DNA from: Amphiscolops sp. MND2022
Lineage: Eukaryota
Direction of reading: 5' to 3'
Length of the DNA: 64,000 nt
NCBI GenBank assembly: GCA_964187785.1
Contig: OZ076409.1
Coordinates: 87,918,001 to 87,982,000, forward strand
In this document: in pieces, positions 61,101 through 64,000 of the stretch
How the letters are laid out: the number at the start of each line of letters is the position of its first letter
How positions within the stretch are numbered: position 1 is the first letter of the stretch
Translations under genes and position numbers: made by a program
The notes under the pieces: generated by a model
Database searches by the model: none
Told to the model about the DNA's origin: nothing
What the model saw: only the letters and a program-made list of their open reading frames with translations

Positions 61101-62000
61101 TATAACTTTGGTAAAAACCCGGGAAGGAGAAAATTTTCGAAAGGGAAAATTTCCATCGCCTCGGAGAGAAAAATTCAATTCTGTGAGCCTCGATAATCTA
61201 AATTTCCTTTACATGGACAACCGTCTCGTAATTCCGCTAAATCTTCGCGCGTCTATTATGACCGCCAAACGTTACGGCCTTCCCGGAAGGGATACCATGA
61301 TCAGAGGAATGGCGGATACTTGGTGGCCCAAAATCCACCGTGAGGTCATCAATTCGGCCAGATTTTGCGGGGACTGTAGCCAGGAAGGTAAAAACGTTAA
61401 ATTACTTCAAAAACAAAGCGAATACGGGAAAATCCCTTGGTCATTAAAACCGAATGAAGAGATCGCCGGTCCCTTTAAGAATGACAAATACGAAAAAAAT
61501 ATATTTGCTAGTGTAGTTAGATAATTTTTCAGCTTGGCCGGACGCAATGTTTTTACACGAACCAACAACTAAGAAAGTGGTCGAATTGAAAAAAATACAT
61601 GGCACAGTACGGGATTTCAAAAAGGATAGGGTCAGACCACGGAACGGTATTCATGAGCGAACAATTCAAAAAAGTTTGCCAGCAGTTTAGCATAAAAGAC
61701 TTGTCCGGTGAGGGATCACCGAGGGAATGGTAAGATCGAAAGGCTGATCAGCACCATAAACGAGCGGCTGCGCATAAATAAGAACATAATCCTAAAGGGT
61801 GTTTTAGAACAGGACAGCAGAGCCACCTTTGCAGCCTCAGATTTCGAAGAAGATACCGACTCTACTATTTTGGTGAGAGAGAGAGCTCGAGGCAGCAAAC
61901 TGGAACCAGCTTTCTCCAAGAGAAGAGGAAGGGTACCCGAAGAGACAGAGTACACGATCACTTTCTTACCGCAAGGGAAAAGAAGGATACCAAATTAGCC
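58156..62000 (+). pseudogene. pol: gag-pol pseudogene of the second Gypsy element
   Basis: Many stops and frameshifts; motifs as listed for the element. Confidence 0.85.
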
Positions 62001-62054
62001 AAGAGAGATGTGGCGAATGCCATTAGCCCCCCAAAGGAGCTGGAAGAAAAGAAT

Positions 62055-62630
62055 AACAAGCCGGGATCGGCATAAGTTGGCGCCATATCTAAAGCTCAAA
62101 AATAGCAAACGGACATGAAAGTGTCAAAAAACTCAAAGTATAAAATTTCACGAAAAACCCAAACGACAGAAGTGGCGCGCCAGGGGCCCGTGCTAAAAGA
62201 AGGATCCTTTCGCATTTTTCAACATCCATTGTTGCAAAACATCAAAAAATTGAACGGCGAAAAAAATTGGCGAAAAAAGATTTCTTTCCGAAAAAAGTCC
62301 AAAATGCCGGAAAAACTGAAAGGAGACCCTTTGGGATTTTTCAACATCCATTCTGTCGCAAAACATCAATAAATTGAAGGGGGACCCTTTGAGGAAATTT
62401 TTTTCGAAAAAAGTCTCACAATGCCAAAAAAACTGAAAGGGGGGACTCTTTAGTCTCTACCGATATGGTATGTTGCGCGGAAAAAGAGGGAAAACATTTT
62501 TGGTTCAGTTCGCTAGGCCAAATGATTCAATTTGGGATCATAAAGTTTTGTAGAACTATTTTGGTAAGTTCGTGTGGATTGAAGAAAGTCACTATATTAG
62601 TCGCATTTCACTTCATAAAGCGCCAACTAA
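62055..62630 (-). mobile_element. Short Helentron/HINE-like element inserted in the Gypsy pol tail
   Basis: AACAA, then hairpin GCCGggatCGGC, then subTIR AGTTGGCGC (62075-62083) with perfect partner GCGCCAACT (62620-62628), then an A-run. Confidence 0.8.
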
Positions 62631-63589
62631 AAAGAAGGTGGCGGAGGTCAGTGAGACGCAGAGAGAAGTGGCAATAATGCAGGAAATGGACGATGAAGTG
62701 CCAGTTCCAACGTCTGACAGATCAAGCGAAATAACCCCAATCGAAACAAATTTGGAATCAGAGAAAGAAACATCCTCTGAAGAGGAAAACAACAAAAATG
62801 GAGATGAGCCGTGTTATTCAAAGACAACAAAGGTGGAAGAAATGCCAACTCAAAGCTTGGTGGCAAAACCTGAGAAAGTGGCAAAACAGAAGGAGTGGCA
62901 AAACAGTCGAGAGTGGATCCGTCAAAAAGCCAATATCTCGGGAGCAACCTAACAGAAGGAGAAGAGCTACCCAGCGATATGGCATTGATGTGATACTGGC
63001 CATAGAAGATGGACAGAAGATTCCTGAAAAGAAAAAAAGTTTAATCAATACTGAACAAACGCATTAACATTAAAACATTACATTGAGGTTGTTAATTGAA
63101 TACATTTGATATTTACAGTACAGTTACATTTAATACCTGAAGCTACCTTACTACAACATTGAAACTTTAACATAAGTGCAGTTGATTAACATCTTACAGT
63201 ACCTTTAAACCTAACATTTTTGTACATTGATTATTGAACCCTTTTGGAAGTTACCCTTAACAGTGTTAATTAAAAGGGAGAGAGTTAAAGAGTGTGAACA
63301 GTGCAAAAACATGTTCACATCTTTCAAACGGATAAAACGGACTTTATTTTTTAATGACACAATATGTTTAACACAGAGGCGGAGCCCTGCTTCGCAAACA
63401 TTTGCGCAGAAGATTGCGAACTGAAGGAAACCAAATAAGCAAAATCATACGGAGAACCAAGTGTAAAAAGACATTGTTGAAATTTCATCAATTTTACAGC
63501 ACCAAAAATACCCGAAGGGATAAGCATAAATCTCGAAAACCATTCTTCCTCAACTGGAAACAGCAAAAAAACCATCTTTCTCAACCGGA

Positions 63590-64000
63590 AACATTTTTTT
63601 AAAGAACATAAAAATAAGGAAAAAAATTCGAAATTTTTCGAAATTTTTTTTGGAGAAGGTTTCCGGTAAGTCGCACAGTGCCGAAAACCTTGAGCAGTCC
63701 TTTATGCTCGCAAAACGTTTCATTTTAAACAAAAATTGAGGGGCTTCGATGAAAACAAATTTTAAAAAATTAGAAAAAAAAACGCCGGTCTCTAAAAAAA
63801 AACAAAATTCGGATATAGCGTGCTGGGCCTCAGAAAAGCTAATTTTAAGACAAAAATTATTCATTTTGAAATTTCTCGCGATGCCGAAAACTGTAAAAGG
63901 GGCCCTTTGAAATTTTTTAACAACCATTCTGTTGCAAAATTTCAAAAAATTGAAGGGGAACCTTAGGAGTCTTTGAAAAATTTTCGAAAAAAAAACAAAA
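63590..64000. repeat. Fragment of an interspersed repeat related to the HINE-like family interior
   Basis: Shares AAGTCGCACAGTGCCGAAAA and CCATTCTGTTGCAAAA..AATTGAAGGGG motifs with 44950 and 62340. Confidence 0.5.

Larger units (their letters stand above)
57917..63311 (+). mobile_element. Decayed Ty3/Gypsy LTR retrotransposon (second family)
   Basis: 5' LTR 57917-58121 (TGTTA...TAACA); PBS TGGCACTGCGAGC; fragmented gag, PR (I(D)TGSPVS), RT (MPNLENL, PTEFQKAMD, CIDD), RH (DAS, AIEHFENY, SDHKAL) and IN (WWPKI, GNGKIERL); PPT AAAAGGGAGAG; 29-bp 3' LTR remnant 63283-63311. Confidence 0.88.

Overview
AT-rich animal genomic DNA (spliceosomal introns, no prokaryotic features). The right half carries the tail-encoding exons (FERM-SH3-MyTH4-FERM) of a minus-strand myosin-XV gene (at least 39345-56053). 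Its introns hold MITEs, Helentron-type non-autonomous elements, a tRNA-derived SINE-like repeat and two satellites that appear to ride inside one TIR element. A decayed Ty3/Gypsy element lies at 57917-63311. The centre (8756-39021) is a single unusual Ty3/Gypsy LTR retrotransposon bounded by a perfect 5-bp TSD (CGCGG), about 15.4 kb once later insertions and a 3' duplication are removed. It has ~1.7-kb LTRs that encode the first ~213 codons of Gag, a PR-dUTPase-like-RT-RH-IN pol, two antisense intron-containing accessory genes, a third sense accessory gene running into U3, and a recurring GGACC-N3-GGTCC palindrome. It is interrupted by a young non-autonomous BEL/Pao element and by two nested Helentron-like elements. 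The window starts with a ~104-bp satellite with higher-order structure. All calls were made by eye and no database searches were run.
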